A stretch of 64,000 nucleotides of DNA from Octopus vulgaris (GCA_951406725.2 OX597814.1:85560001-85624000), one strand, 5' to 3'. Positions 43,860 through 57,258 are shown, numbered from the stretch's first letter. Numbers and translations are program-made. Notes: a model not told the origin generated them from the sequence alone.

Positions 43860-44255
43860 TTTTACTCTCTTTACTCTTTTTCTTGTTTTAGTCATTTGAC
43901 TGTGTCCATGCTGGAGCACCGACTTTAGTCGAGCAAATCAACCCTAGGACTTATTCTTTTTAAACCTGGTACTTATTGTATCGATCTCTTTTGCCGAACC
44001 GCTAAGTTACGGGGACGTAAACACACCAGCATCGGTTGTCAAGCGATTTTGGGGTGACAAACACAGACACACAAATACACACATACATATGCACATATAT
44101 ACGACGGGCTTCTTTCAGTTTCCGTCTACCAAATTTCAGTTTCCGGCCCGAGGCTATAGTAAAAGACACTTGCCCAAGGTGCCACGCAGTGGGACTGAAC
44201 CCGGAACCAGGTGGTTCGTAAGCAAGCTACTTACCACACAGCCACTCCTACGCCT
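43860..44255 (-). mobile_element. SINE family A with a small internal rearrangement
   Basis: Colinear with 9714-10150, except that tttcagtttcc is duplicated in place of ccactcacaaggctttggt. Confidence 0.88.
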
Positions 44256-44384
44256 ATGTATCGATCCAAAATAAAAAACAAAGCAATACTAAAATGAAAA
44301 CAAAATATATATTTATGCATGCTTGCATGATGTATGCATGCATGCAGGCATGTATGTCTGAATGTATGTATGTATGTATGTATG

Positions 44385-44416
<32 letters not shown>

Positions 44417-44630
44417 CAAACTATGTATTAGAATGTTCTGTTTAATATAATCAGTACTGCAATGTGCTAAGAGCAAGACACTGCACAAATCTCTACTAAA
44501 CGTATCTGGCGGCAGAGTAGCGAAAACCCACTTTCTCTTGAATATAAAAGATAGAATGAGAAGGAAACAGAAAGAGATAGCAAGCTAGATAGACAGACAG
44601 CTGTATGTATGTGTGTGTGTACATACATAT

Positions 44631-44710
<80 letters not shown>

Positions 44711-45271
44711 CGAGTAAAAGAAAGAAAAGGAGAGAGAAAATAATCTTGGAGAAGGCGGGTGCCGAACTTTGCGGCGGATTGTAATGCTCTTTGGTGGATT
44801 ACAATTCCTAAATTGAATCTTCTCGAAAACCTGAACAGAATAAATAACAAAGAAAACATAGACCAACCTTAACATGAAAGTATAGCAAAGTGAGTGATTG
44901 AGAGAGAGGGAGGAAGGGACGGAGTGAAAGGAAGAGAGAGAGGGGGAGAGAGAAGGATGAGGTAGGCGTGAGTAGAATAATGGAGGAATGGCAGCGAAAC
45001 AAAGATCCCTGATCGGGCTTCCATTTTCAGATTATTATACACATGTAGAAAAGATTGATATAGTAATTAGGCGGTGTGAAACTGATCGATTTACTAATGT
45101 TTAAACGAATTAGAGGGAAAAATAGTCTGTAAATTGAATTAACAACAGCAACAGCGCTAACAAATCAGAGCCTACTGTATTTCAGGATTTGACAGGATTT
45201 CGAAAAACAACAAAAATAGCAGTAACAATGTCACACGCGCGCACAGTAACAACGTCTCTCTCTCTCTCTCA

Positions 45272-45312
<41 letters not shown>

Positions 45313-46274
45313 GCCAAAAGAAAGACATATACACAACAATAATATCAACAACAACAATAGCAACTACAATAGCGGTAACAATTACAACAATAGCAATAAC
45401 ATTTACAACTAGAACGATAACACAAAAAATTGTCGTCACTGGAAGGTTTCCAAAAGTTCAACTTCAGACGCAGAGGGGCTGGCATGGGATCGCCAGCATG
45501 GGATCGCCAGCATGGGATCCCCAAACCTGATGGCCGAATATACGAAGCCTGTACTTGACTGATATTTTATTGTATTGAGCCCGAACAAATGAAAGGCAGT
45601 GGTGACTTTGGAGGGATCTGAACTCAAAAATTTAATGAGATTGAAAAATTCTTTTAAGCATTTGTCCGAAGTTCCAGCCATTCTGCCAATCCAGAGCCGA
45701 CAGCAACAAAAGCAGTATTAGTGCTGATATGGACAATAGCAACATCAACAACACTTGAACGGACATAAACAAGAGCAATGGAGACCTACACAACAGTACA
45801 AGCCACTACGAAATTATCAACAATACCAGGCGCAAGAGCAGCTATGAGAGTAATGACACGAAATGCGGCAATAATAAACCCCTGCAACAATAATAGTAGA
45901 GCCAGGGAAGGCAACAATAATTACAGCAAAAAGTCGAAAGAGTAATAACAGCTAGGGAAGAAAATTCTACTTGTGCAACCAATAAAACTACAATATAGAG
46001 CTGAGGGAGTCCATGCTTAAATTAAAATAACCTCGTTTTGGTCACTGGACACGTCAACGGCATCGTTTTGGAACAGGAGCAATAGCAATGTCATACATAT
46101 ATGTATGGCATTGTAAATATATGTAAACAGATACAGCCACATACACACACACAGGCACCACACACACACGCACCACACACACACGCACCACACACACACG
46201 CACCACACACACACACATACACGCACACACTCACTCACACACACTCACATACATATGTATGTGTGTGTGTGTGA

Positions 46275-46325
<51 letters not shown>

Positions 46326-47009
46326 CATACACACACATATACATATATACATATATGTATATGCATATATGTATATGCATATATGTATACATGCATACAT
46401 GCATGCATACATGCATGCATACATACATACGTACATACATACACACACATATATATATATATATATTAATATATGTATGTATTTACATATACATGTAAAG
46501 TATGTGCCTATGTATATATATGTAATTTAAAATTAAAGCAATTATTTTAAATATAGTTAAAGAATAACAGCGGAACATTTACTGACGGAATGACTCAATA
46601 CTGAGAATAGAGTCTAATTTTTTGTAAAGCTCGAGTTAGCTGGGATTTCAAGTTTCACATATAGGCTTATTCAACCGAATGTATGCGCACCTGCGCGCGT
46701 GTGTATGGTGTGTGTGTGTGGTGTGTGTATGGGGGTGTATTGGTGTATGCGTGGGTGTGTGTACATACATACATATCTCTATTGGCAAGAAATCTTGAAA
46801 TAAAACTGAACAATGAGATACATATATTGATGTGCGCATTCCATACCACTCGGACGTGAACAGCTGTTTAGTGATGAGTTTGGTATTGGAAAACTACTTC
46901 TTTTTATAGGCAATCTATGTAAGTAACACACTTGCTCCATAGTGCTGATGATATATGTGTGTATTTTAAGTCAGGTGACTCTTATTGCTACTGATAATAT
47001 TGCACAAAA

Positions 47010-48190
47010 AAAGGTTAAATTTTCCTTCTCAAATCATACCGAATCATAAGGACCAGTTTCTCGTTTTCTATGGTGTATATATTCCCAACCTGGACGGACG
47101 TCGGTCCGTCACAGGATTACTCACTTTTGCTAGTTGAATGAACTGGAGCAACGTGAAATGAAGTGTTTTGCTCAAGAACACAATGCGTCGCCCGATCCTG
47201 GAATCGAAACCATATTCTTACGATCATGAGTCCCACACCCCAACCACTAGGCCACGCTACTCCACTGCTGATAACATGTAACCTAGTACCACCTGTCGCT
47301 TGGTCGGGCCATCGATGACTAAACCGACAACTCTATCAAGCCTGCTTTGCAAGGATGATGGCTTTCGATTAACACCTTGCAGAACGAAAAACAAAACCTG
47401 TCAACAGCCATCCAATAGCTGGGAGGGAGAAACCTCAAGTCTTTGTTTAGCAGCTTTCTAAGAGAAAGGAAACTCACATGTAACATCTGCGACTTTGTTT
47501 GCACCCAATGATGTAGACTAGTTCTCTCTTTTGGGAAATGCAGAAGTTGTTTCGTGAGTGGGATTGGCCTTGTACAAGGCCTTTCCTCACTTTCAAAAGT
47601 TTCAGGCACAGCATTGCTTCATTTCTATGGCTGGCCGTAGTAAAAAGAAACGAAGATCAAAACAAACAATGAAACATTCTATGATGAAATAAAGGCATGT
47701 GCCAGCGTGGGAGATAACACTCTGAACACGCACTGCGAGAGGTGCATATCGTTGTCACATCGTCCATTTTTGCAAAAGCAGGGTTAAAAAGTCACATTGC
47801 TTTAAGACAACAATCAAATAATGGCATTGCTCAAAATACAGTCACAACCATTATGTATATATAACTGGCAACCTGTCGGTTACGACGACGAGGGTTCCAG
47901 TTGACCCGTCAACGAAACAGCCTGCTCGTGAAATTAACATGCAAGTGGCTGAGCACTCCACAGACACGTGTACCCATAACATAATTCTCAGGGAGATTCA
48001 GTATGATGCACAATGTGCCAAGGCTGGCCCTTTGAAATACAGGTACTACCTATTTTTGCCAGTTGAGTGGACTGGATCAACGGGAAATAAAGTGTCTTGC
48101 TCAAGGACACAACACCTCGCCGGAAATTGAATGCACAAACTTACGATCGTGAATCAAATACTCTAACCACTATGCCACATGCCTTCACAT
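47010..48190 (-). mobile_element. two SINE family C copies (47010-47265 and 47865-48190) flanking unclassified sequence
   Basis: Homology to 7140-7760 and 24740-25030. Confidence 0.75.
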
Positions 48191-48256
48191 ATGTGTGTGT
48201 TTGTGTGTGTGCGTGTGTGTGTGCGTGCGCGCGTGTTTGTGTGTGTGTGTGTGTGA

Positions 48257-48345
<89 letters not shown>

Positions 48346-48349
<4 letters not shown>

Positions 48350-49125
48350 AGGTCTGATGAATAATTATTCGGACTGTTGCCATAGTAAGGAAGCTTGGGA
48401 ATGCAGAGTAAAACAACAGTTCTCGGAAGGAAGGTGCGTAGCTTGTGATCGTAGCATTGACCATGACAGAGAAAGTTGCTATAGTGATACCTGCTCAGAA
48501 GCCTACGCAAAGTTGCAGAAAGTGTATGGAGACAATGCATGAGCCGCACACAAGTGTACGACTGGTTCAGACGTTTCCAAGATGGCCGAAAAAAAGTCGA
48601 TATTGACGAACGTTCTAGGAGATACACAGCCAGCAAAATTGAGAAAAACATCGCAGATGTGCGTGCAGTTGTGTGAAGAAAGCGTCGAATTACCATCCGT
48701 GAGTTATCAGACAATGTGCAGATTAGTTACGATTCAGTTCAGTCCATTATCATTGAAGTTTTCGGTATGAGACGCGTGTTTGCTAAGTTTGTGCCAAAAC
48801 GGCTTTCAGCTGACCAAAAAGACACCCGGGTTTCAGTTGCACAAGATCTCCTTGATTGTCTCGAGAACGATGAAAACTTTTTGAAAACTTTGCGTAGGCC
48901 TCTGAGCAGGTATCGCCAAACTTTTGGCAAAATTTGATGCAAATTCTGTGCTCAGCTTCCTCTGTCTTGGTCAATGCGACGATCACACGCTACACACGTT
49001 CCTTCCAAGCACTGCTGTAAATAACGGAACTGAGCTAGAACGTCAAAACCTCGTGCGCATACATAGCAGAGTCCAAATGTCAGTCTGTGCCAAGCGGCAA
49101 GCGGCTTCACTTGCCGTGCTTTAAA
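48346..49125 (+). mobile_element. mariner derivative with its 5' end duplicated in inverted orientation (long-TIR, MITE-like)
   Basis: Plus strand DTCSEAYAKLQKVYGDN..SRTQVYDWFRRFQDG...GMRRVFAKFVPKRLSADQK. 48886-49014 is an inverted homolog of 48417-48514 reading EHRICIKFCQKFGDTCSEAYAK. Confidence 0.85.
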
Positions 49126-50142
49126 AATAAAAATACATCTAAAATGTTAGTTTGGTTATATTTATATACATTAAAAATATATTTTAATGCATTTATGTCA
49201 AGTAACTCTAAAATTAAAAATTCTATATACCAGTGTAAAATTATTACTCATAATAAAGTACAATTTTACATTGGAAGCACGTCGTTACAGTTATCTAAAA
49301 GAATTTCTATCCATTACTCAACATTTAGGGATAGGAATAAACGTAACAGTACAGGGCTCAGTAAATTAATTTGGGATCTAAAATACCACAATGAACAATT
49401 TAATTTAGAATGGTTGATTCTCTCAATCTCGATATCTTATGACAAAGGCAAGGAATTGTGTCTTCTCTGTAATTCTGAACTATTTTTCATTATTTTTTCT
49501 AAAAATCCCCTAGTAAACACGGGTATAGAGCGTGCATACCGATGTAAACATTGGCAAAACACACCTTTAGTTCATATAAGTAATCTCTATCATTATATAT
49601 AATGTAAACATTAATTTTCTTTTTATATTTAATATTCACTAAAAAAATACATGTTTTCCTAGTTTAAAGGTTTTATTTAATATACATATACTCATATACT
49701 TCTCATTAATTTAACTTTTCCTTATTTTATCGCCACTCTTTCTATAGGCTACTTCTGACGTTATATCATATAACGTTTTTTCAAACAAAATTAATAGCGT
49801 TCAGTAAATCACTATACATATCCATCATTTTCTGTTAAAATGTCTTATTGACGAGTTTCATTTCTTCACTTCCCTGAAGAGATTACATTGTTTTACATCA
49901 TTTATTCCTTTGGAATAATACCAGTGATATCTTCGAAACATGTGTCGGAAGTAAAAGTATTTGAATTACACCTGCGTTAAACTCTATTTATTTATATATC
50001 ATACAAAAAAAATTCACTTAAACCCGAAATTTCTACCTTTAAAAATAAGGAGATATACCTCTTTACTTGTGTGATTTTTGCTACCCTTGTAACAGTTTAT
50101 ATATTTTTTCCGTATTAATTGTTAAGGGAAAATACACACATC

Positions 50143-50146
<4 letters not shown>
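49125..50146 (+). mobile_element. second Naiad-like PLE 3' fragment (GIY-YIG, 3' UTR with hammerhead) ending in (TA)n
   Basis: SIYQCKI...FYIGST...KRISIHYSTF...STGLSKLIWDLK...EW.IL...CLLCNSE...LVN...RCKH (stop at 49602) parallels the 22641-23816 endonuclease. Confidence 0.88.
49868..49952 (+). ncRNA. type I hammerhead ribozyme
   Basis: acttcc-CTGAAGA-gat...atcttc-GAAAC-atgt-GTC-ggaagt. Homolog of 17591-17673. Confidence 0.78.
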
Positions 50147-50216
<70 letters not shown>

Positions 50217-50309
50217 CACACATATATATATGTATGTATATATAGTCCTAGCTTGTATGTATATATATATACATACACACACATATATATATATATGTAT
50301 GTATATATA

Positions 50310-50668
50310 GTCCTAGCTTGATTTACGCGTTCGTTATCACAACCTCGTTTAGGCTTAGCTGCCCTTCCTATTTGTTTTCATTGTCTTGTTTGCGTTACCA
50401 ATTTTGATCCTCTGCAAAATCCCAAATTTTATTTAATTTGCTTTGCGGGAGTAATTGCTTTATCGAAAGCGTATATTGTTCTTAAATGCTCGAAATACGA
50501 GACTAGAAAAACAGTCAACAACTGATGAAGAGTCGTTCTCTATGTTTGTTTTGTTTTCCATTTGTTGTTTGATGTATTTGTGATTAGTACTTTTTTGTTG
50601 TACTCGTTTCACGACGTCCTTTGCCCACATATGTATATATACGCAGAGATGTAAGTATGTACCTATAC

Positions 50669-50713
<45 letters not shown>

Positions 50714-51409
50714 CTATTCATATTATTATATGATTGAACACCAAGCATCCTCTTCCAAGTATGTTTTATGTTAATAATTCTGATGCGCACTCCATACGAT
50801 GTTTTTACTCTTTCGTTTTTCTTTCTCTTATTCTTTTATCTCCTCTTCTCCCACTATTCTATCGTATTACTTTGTCACTTTCTCTCCCTCACTCCTCCTC
50901 ACTTGCTCACGTGGCTCCCACGTGACCATCGGCCATATTTCTTTCTTTCCCTCCATTGTAGCTGCAACAAGGAAGACGTATTCTTGTTTGTCCCCTGTTC
51001 TAGCTTGACTTACGCGTTCGCCATCACAACCTCGTTTAAGATTAGCAGCCCTTCCTGTTTGTTTTCACTGTCCTGTTTGTGTTACCAATTTTGACCTGGA
51101 TAATCCCGAATTTTATTTAATTTGCCTTGCAGGAGCAAGTGTTTTATCGAAAGCTTATATTATTAAATACTCGAAATACGAAACTAGAAAAACAGCCAAC
51201 AACTGATAAAGGGTCGTTCTTTATGTTTGTTTTGTTTTCCATTTGTGTCTTTCGTTGTTCGAAAGAATAGTTCATGTTCGATTGTACTCGTGCTTCGTAC
51301 TTTTTTGTTGTAAATGTTTCATGACGTCCTGTGCCCACATATACATACTTACATACATACATACATACATACACACACACATATATATATAGATATAGAT
51401 ATAGATATG

Positions 51410-51448
<39 letters not shown>

Positions 51449-51615
51449 CACGTAAACCCGAAGGACAGGAAGCAAACATGAACACGTCTTCCTTGTTCCA
51501 GCTACAATGGAGAGAAAGAAAGAAAGATGGCCGATGGTCACGTGTGAGCCACGTGAGCAAGTGATGAGGAGTGAGGAGTGAAGGAGAGAGAGAGAGTGAC
51601 AAAGTAATAGGATGT
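50310..51615. repeat. stack of related non-coding repeats between (TA)n tracts
   Basis: 50310-50630 and about 50998-51340 are diverged direct repeats. 51465-51615 is an inverted homolog of 50860-51000. Confidence 0.85.
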
Positions 51616-51623
51616 ATATATAT

Positions 51624-51678
<55 letters not shown>

Positions 51679-51696
51679 TATACATATATATATATA

Positions 51697-52667
51697 TAAT
51701 ATAATAATAAGAGTAAATAATTTCTATAAAGGCTTTTAAAAAAACCCCAATTATTTACTGGTAGAATTCGGTATGTAAATATAGCCGATTACCGGCAGGA
51801 ACTTCTGTAAAGTTCAGTATATATATTGTATATAAGAAAAAGGGACAGGCAAACAGGTTGCTTGACCGCATACCGAAAAAATAGAAATAGCAGTCAAGAA
51901 TGCTTATTTCTATCAAAGTTGGACTCCAGGCACGACAAACCCTGTAATTCACATATGCAAAACAGAAGGAATAGATAACGAAAACGAAGTCTGTTGGTTA
52001 TCTGTGAACATCATGTTTCTGGATTATAAACATATTGAATATATATTTTTCATATATATTTTTGATATATATTTCATATACATTGCATATATATTTCACA
52101 TCCTTCTTCAGCACAGCTTTCCATTGAAAAAGATTTATCATAGATTTATCAAATGCTACGTACCTCAAACCTTCTGACCATGCGACATCAAAATATTTGA
52201 GGAAAGTGAGCAAAAGCTAAACCTACATAGACGTTTGAATTCGTAAATCTTCCCTCCAAAATTTTGCCATGCGCACCACAAAAATAGTTCCATAAGATTG
52301 GGAACTATTGGGTTGTCATAATGGAGTGAAAAATCCAAATAGTAATATAATAATAAGAGTAAATAATTTCTATAAAGGCTTTTAAAAAAACCCCAATTAT
52401 TTACTGGTAGAATTCGGTATGTAAATATAGCCGATTACCGGCAGGAACTTCTGTAAAGTTCAGTATATATATTGTATATAAGAAAAAGGGACAGGCAAAC
52501 AGGTTGCTTGACCGCATACCGAAAAAATAGAAATAGCAGTCAAGAATGCTTATTTCTATCAAAGTTGGACTCCAGGCACGACAAACCCTGTAATTCACAT
52601 ATGCAAAACAGAAGGAATAGATAACGAAAACGAAGTCTGTTGGTTATCTGTTTGCCTGTCCCTTTTT

Positions 52668-52675
<8 letters not shown>
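51697..52675 (-). mobile_element. non-coding 1.5-mer tandem element (309-bp direct repeats, 646-bp period) with a 28-bp inverted tip, in (TA)n
   Basis: 51697-52005 appears identical to 52343-52651. 52648-52675 is the reverse complement of 52475-52502. The strand is inferred from the geometry. Confidence 0.8.
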
Positions 52676-52722
<47 letters not shown>

Positions 52723-52981
52723 GACGGGCTTCTTTCAGCTTCCTTCTACAAAATACACTACCGAGAATTTGGTCGGCCCATGTATTGTGAGTGTGTGTGA
52801 ATGTGTGTGTATATTGAACAATATAGAAATAAAGAGAGGCAACTTGATCAAATGGTAACAGCAGCAGTAGTACTATCATCATCATTACTACTACTACTAC
52901 TATTATTATTATTATTATTAGTAGTAGTAGTAGTAGTAGTTGTAGTAGTAGCAGTAGTTGTTGTATTACAGCAGCAGCAGC

Positions 52982-53015
<34 letters not shown>

Positions 53016-53057
53016 TAGTAGTAGTAGTAGTAGAAAAGAAGAAAGTAAAAGAAAGAA

Positions 53058-53094
<37 letters not shown>

Positions 53095-53347
53095 CTATAA
53101 GAGACAGTAGATGCCGTGAAGAGAATGAAAAGAGATTGGTGTTACCAACAGTGTTGATCTCAACAGAGAACCTTCTCGTGTCGGTTCTAGAAATCTAAAT
53201 ATCGTCTTAAATAATCGAATTATGCCGAAAGGGTGTCGTTCTAAATCAGTGGTTTCTCTGTCTCTGGTTTTTCCTTTCCTTTTTTCTGTATTTTCTTTTT
53301 TTTTTATTTACTATTTCTATTTTTCTCAAAATAAAAAAATACTTCTC

Positions 53348-53390
<43 letters not shown>

Positions 53391-53742
53391 TATTATTTAT
53401 TTATTTATTTATTCATTTATTTTTGGTAAAGATAGATTCAGCCTACATCTGGGATAGACTTTGGGAAGAACAAGTGCCGAAGATGTATCGTTCTGAGAGG
53501 AAGACATGCCAATTTTCACACGAAAATGTCAGAAAATAGCATTCGTATTTTCGCAGAAAAATATTTCTTTTCTGAGAGATTGAATAGAGACAGAAGTCGT
53601 TTTGGCATTGTGTGTATGTATAGATGTACTTTTTACATGTATTTAAATCGGTATACGTATGTACACACGTACACACGCATGTATGTACATTTGTACGTAT
53701 AAACGTATACATACATACATACATACATGCATACATGTATGT

Positions 53743-53788
<46 letters not shown>

Positions 53789-54529
53789 ATATGTGTGTAT
53801 GAAATCATTTTAATGTGTGTATGTTAGTGTGAGAACTGTTTCTGTGTGTATGTCTGAGCTCGTCATTACATAAACACACACAAATGCGTACACACACACA
53901 CACACACGGTCACAAACACACATTGTATATTGACGAAAGTACTAGTAATACGTAAATGTTAACACGCAGGGAGTTACATATAAAGTTACATAAATATTCA
54001 CAGATCCCACACAAACAATGTATATATATACACACTTATACTCAATATACACATACACACATACGTATATATAGCTAAGCATACACACTTAATATATACA
54101 TATGTGCGTGTGTCGACTGTATGTATGCGTGTGTATGTGTGTGTGTGTGTGCTTATAGAGACTTAGAGAGAGAGGGAGAGAGAGAGGGGAAAGGGAAATG
54201 TTACGTAAAACATTTATATGAAGATACTTTTAAAAAACGATACGGGTGTCCACTGAAGGATTTGCCACTTTGATATATCTATATGCTAGTCCAAGTTGCA
54301 GATGTGCCTAAGATGATCTCGTTATGGCACACCGAATAACACTGTTGTAGACAATAGGAAGAATATATCAATAGAAACATACGTATATGCACGCACGCAC
54401 GCACACACGTATGCATTAATATATGCGCATAAATATATTGATATTTTTATACATGCACGCATACATACATACATACATACAGACATACATACATACATAC
54501 ATACATACATACATACATACATACATACC

Positions 54530-54616
54530 ATGTTCATGTTGAGATTTCAATGAAGGTGTCTTGGATCTAGGTTAGAAACTGGCACTCCATTGGTAAGAAA
54601 TCTTCAAATAAAACTA
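54530..54616 (+). mobile_element. short retroelement 3' end in (CATA)n
   Basis: attggtaagaaatcttcaaataaaact matches attggcaagaaatcttgaaataaaact at about 46780, which is also flanked by CATA repeats. Confidence 0.55.
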
Positions 54617-54699
54617 CGTACGTACATACATACATACATACATACATACGTACATACATACATACATACATACATACATACATACATTCATACAAACAT

Positions 54700-55200
54700 A
54701 TAGAAGAACATGATGGAACACTCCAATAAATGTATCAATTTGATGCAAACATAACAGACCTAACAGTGTTCAGTAGGACAAGGAACCAAATCATAAACTG
54801 TTGTAGAAGTTAGCCCAGTTGATGTGAATGTAGAATCAAAAGTGTAGGAAAAAGAGAACATTTATGGCCAATTAATGCGTAACTTAAAGCTTTGTATCCT
54901 GATTATAAATTCTTATTTGTAGCTATCATCGTATGTGCATTAGGTTATGCAACAGCAAATTTACACAAAAACCTAGGAATACTGGATTTCACGGAAAAAG
55001 AGCAAAAGAAACTGACTTAGATTCTTCAAATCCAATCTATTAGTGGCAGAATGAAGATTTGTAAGACATTTAAAAAAATTCTCCATCTGAGATTTTTATG
55101 TGAATAGATGCGCACACTTGGGTGTATGCATCAACAGTTCAATCAACACATCAACACAACCACATATTTAAGAACACCGGGAACCCTCTTAGATAATGAC
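54700..55200 (+). mobile_element. R4/Dong-like non-LTR retrotransposon 3' end (restriction-like endonuclease) in (CATA)n
   Basis: Decayed translation HNRP...VVEVS.PVDVNVESKV*EKENIYGQLMRNLK.LYPDYKFLFVAIIVCALG...LQIQSISGRMKICKTF is a PD-(D/E)xK RLE C-terminus. The 3' UTR ends aatgac|atacat. Confidence 0.78.
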
Positions 55201-55240
55201 ATACATGCATACATGCATACATTCATTCATACAAACATAT

Positions 55241-55461
55241 ATATTTCTTTACTACCCACAAGGGGCTAAACACAGAGAGGACAAACAAATGGATTAAGTC
55301 GATTATATCGACCCCAGTGCGTAACTGGTACTTATTTAATCGACCCCGAAAGGATGAAAGGTAAAGTCGACCTCGGCGGAATTTGAACTCACAACGTAGC
55401 GGCAGACGAAATACGGCTACGCATTTCGCCCGCGTGCTAACGTCTCTGCCAGCTCGCCGCC
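55241..55461 (-). mobile_element. young SINE family B copy with 14-bp target-site duplication
   Basis: catacaaacatata occurs at about 55227-55240 and 55465-55478. Confidence 0.9.
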
Positions 55462-55477
55462 CTACATACAAACATAT

Positions 55478-55624
55478 AGAAGAACAAAGAATACTGGTGG
55501 AATACGCCAATAAAAATATCAATTTGAAGCAGACATAACAGACCTGCCAGTGTTCTGTGGGACAGGGAACAAATCATACACTATTGTAGAAGTCAGCAGC
55601 CCAGTTGATGTGAAAGTAGAATCT
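55478..55624 (+). mobile_element. second R4/Dong-like RLE fragment
   Basis: Reads KEYWWNTPIK...HNRPASVLWDRE...TIVEVSSPVDVKV; a diverged duplicate of 54700-54838. Confidence 0.72.
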
Positions 55625-56940
55625 TGTCACTTTGTTAGCGACCGGTTTGATCTCTCTCAAGAACTTAAATCAAATATACATACATGCTTATACATTTATC
55701 TATATACTCATATATTTCTATGCACGTGTGCTTATGTATGTGTTTGTGTATGTGTGTATATCTGTGTGTGTGTGTGTGTGTTTTCAAGTTCACAATCTTA
55801 TAAGTTCTACTTATAGAGTCTCTCTTTATATAATTTGTTTTGAGGTTAGAATTCAAGGCGATATACACATATGTAGATATACATATGTATCTTTCTATTA
55901 TACAGCTTAGACAAAGGGAGAAGAGTCAGGCTCATGACATTTCCCAAAACTGTTGGTTGTTGTGGTGGTGGTTAAAATGACGAACAAAGAGCAGCTCATT
56001 TTTGCTGGAAAAGCAGCGTATCAAGAATTTCAATTATCTTAGACGGAGAGCTATTCCACATACATAAATAAGAATGTTCGAGGCTAAAGGTAACTAAAGA
56101 GTGATATCGTAGTTGAAAGAAACATCAGAGATACTTTACCACAAATAGAAACTGCAGGAGCTTCTTAAAGATGTTGTAAGTCCTTTTTCTTGATGTTGAA
56201 ATAAAGCTGTCGCATTATTGGGAGCTCTTTTGTATCTCAAGCAAATCATTAGCGTTTCGCTCCTTTGCCTGCATGCTTTATCTGTGTGGGGCAACAGGAA
56301 CTGATTTAGGTCTCATTACGGATGGGGTCCACCTGTAGTCTCTTGTCAATCATGCCCACCTCCAACTGGTTTTGTGTCAGCTGCGACGATTTCTTTCGAT
56401 GGTTACCTTTACATGTCTGGGTTTCAAACCGATGATCTAACGCAAGAAATATGCGCGCACACACAAACAAATACGCGGATGCATGCACACACAAACTCAT
56501 AAACATATGTGTATACACTTACATACATACACACAAATTCATATATACATTATATATATATATATATATACATCATATATAAATATATGTGTGTGTGTAT
56601 ACATATATAAACACACACACATACATATCAACAAAAATGAATTAAGAGAAATATCTCAGAGGCCAGTGGCATGTATTTGAACAACATAGACAAATCCAGG
56701 CATATCAAATACTATACAACATTAATTCCTGATTCATCAAAAGTTATCTCCGCCTGTAGAGGATGTATCATAATTATCTATCGGTAACTATGGCCCACTC
56801 TACTTGAGAAGGGAAGATAATCTCATTTTTTAAGAATTTCTCCTAAGCTGACATACCATTTAAGGAAAAGGACAGGCAACGACACTCCTTTTTCTACTAG
56901 TCAAACTCCTCTGGCTATTGGAAATAAGGTCGGATAATTG

Positions 56941-57007
<67 letters not shown>

Positions 57008-57032
57008 AACACATACATGTATGTATATATAT

Positions 57033-57256
57033 CGTTGTTATTATGCAAAAGTGCCATAAGTCCAAAACGTTGCTGTTTCAGAAAACGAAAGATTAGTTTC
57101 ACCATTCCATAGCAAAACCGTTGTAGTACACTTTGACAATTTTGAGATCCGAAGTAGCTGGAGATACAATAGTTTGACCAAACGAACCAGCTATTGAAAA
57201 GAAAAAAAAACGCATTTGGCCAAATTTGGACATAAGACAGTTTAACATAATCGCAA

Positions 57257-57258
<2 letters not shown>
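57033..57258. mobile_element. MITE-like element with ~35-bp imperfect TIRs, flanked by TA
   Basis: Left end cgttgttattatgcaaaagtgccataagtccaaa; right end reverse complement cgttgcgattatgttaaactgtcttatgtccaaa. Confidence 0.7.

Noticed and set aside
47280-47790. Possible piggyBac-like element (gggttaa end)
   Set aside because: No matching opposite terminus or transposase motif recognised.
48350-48380. ctgatga motif
   Set aside because: Part of the mariner terminal repeat; there is no GAAA half.
50485-50545. Permuted (type II) hammerhead gaaa...gtc...ctgatga
   Set aside because: Stems I and III cannot be formed convincingly.
52080-52120. Minus-strand ctgaagaaggatgtgaaatatatatg hammerhead candidate
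   Set aside because: Stem II is unpaired and the cleavage position would be G.
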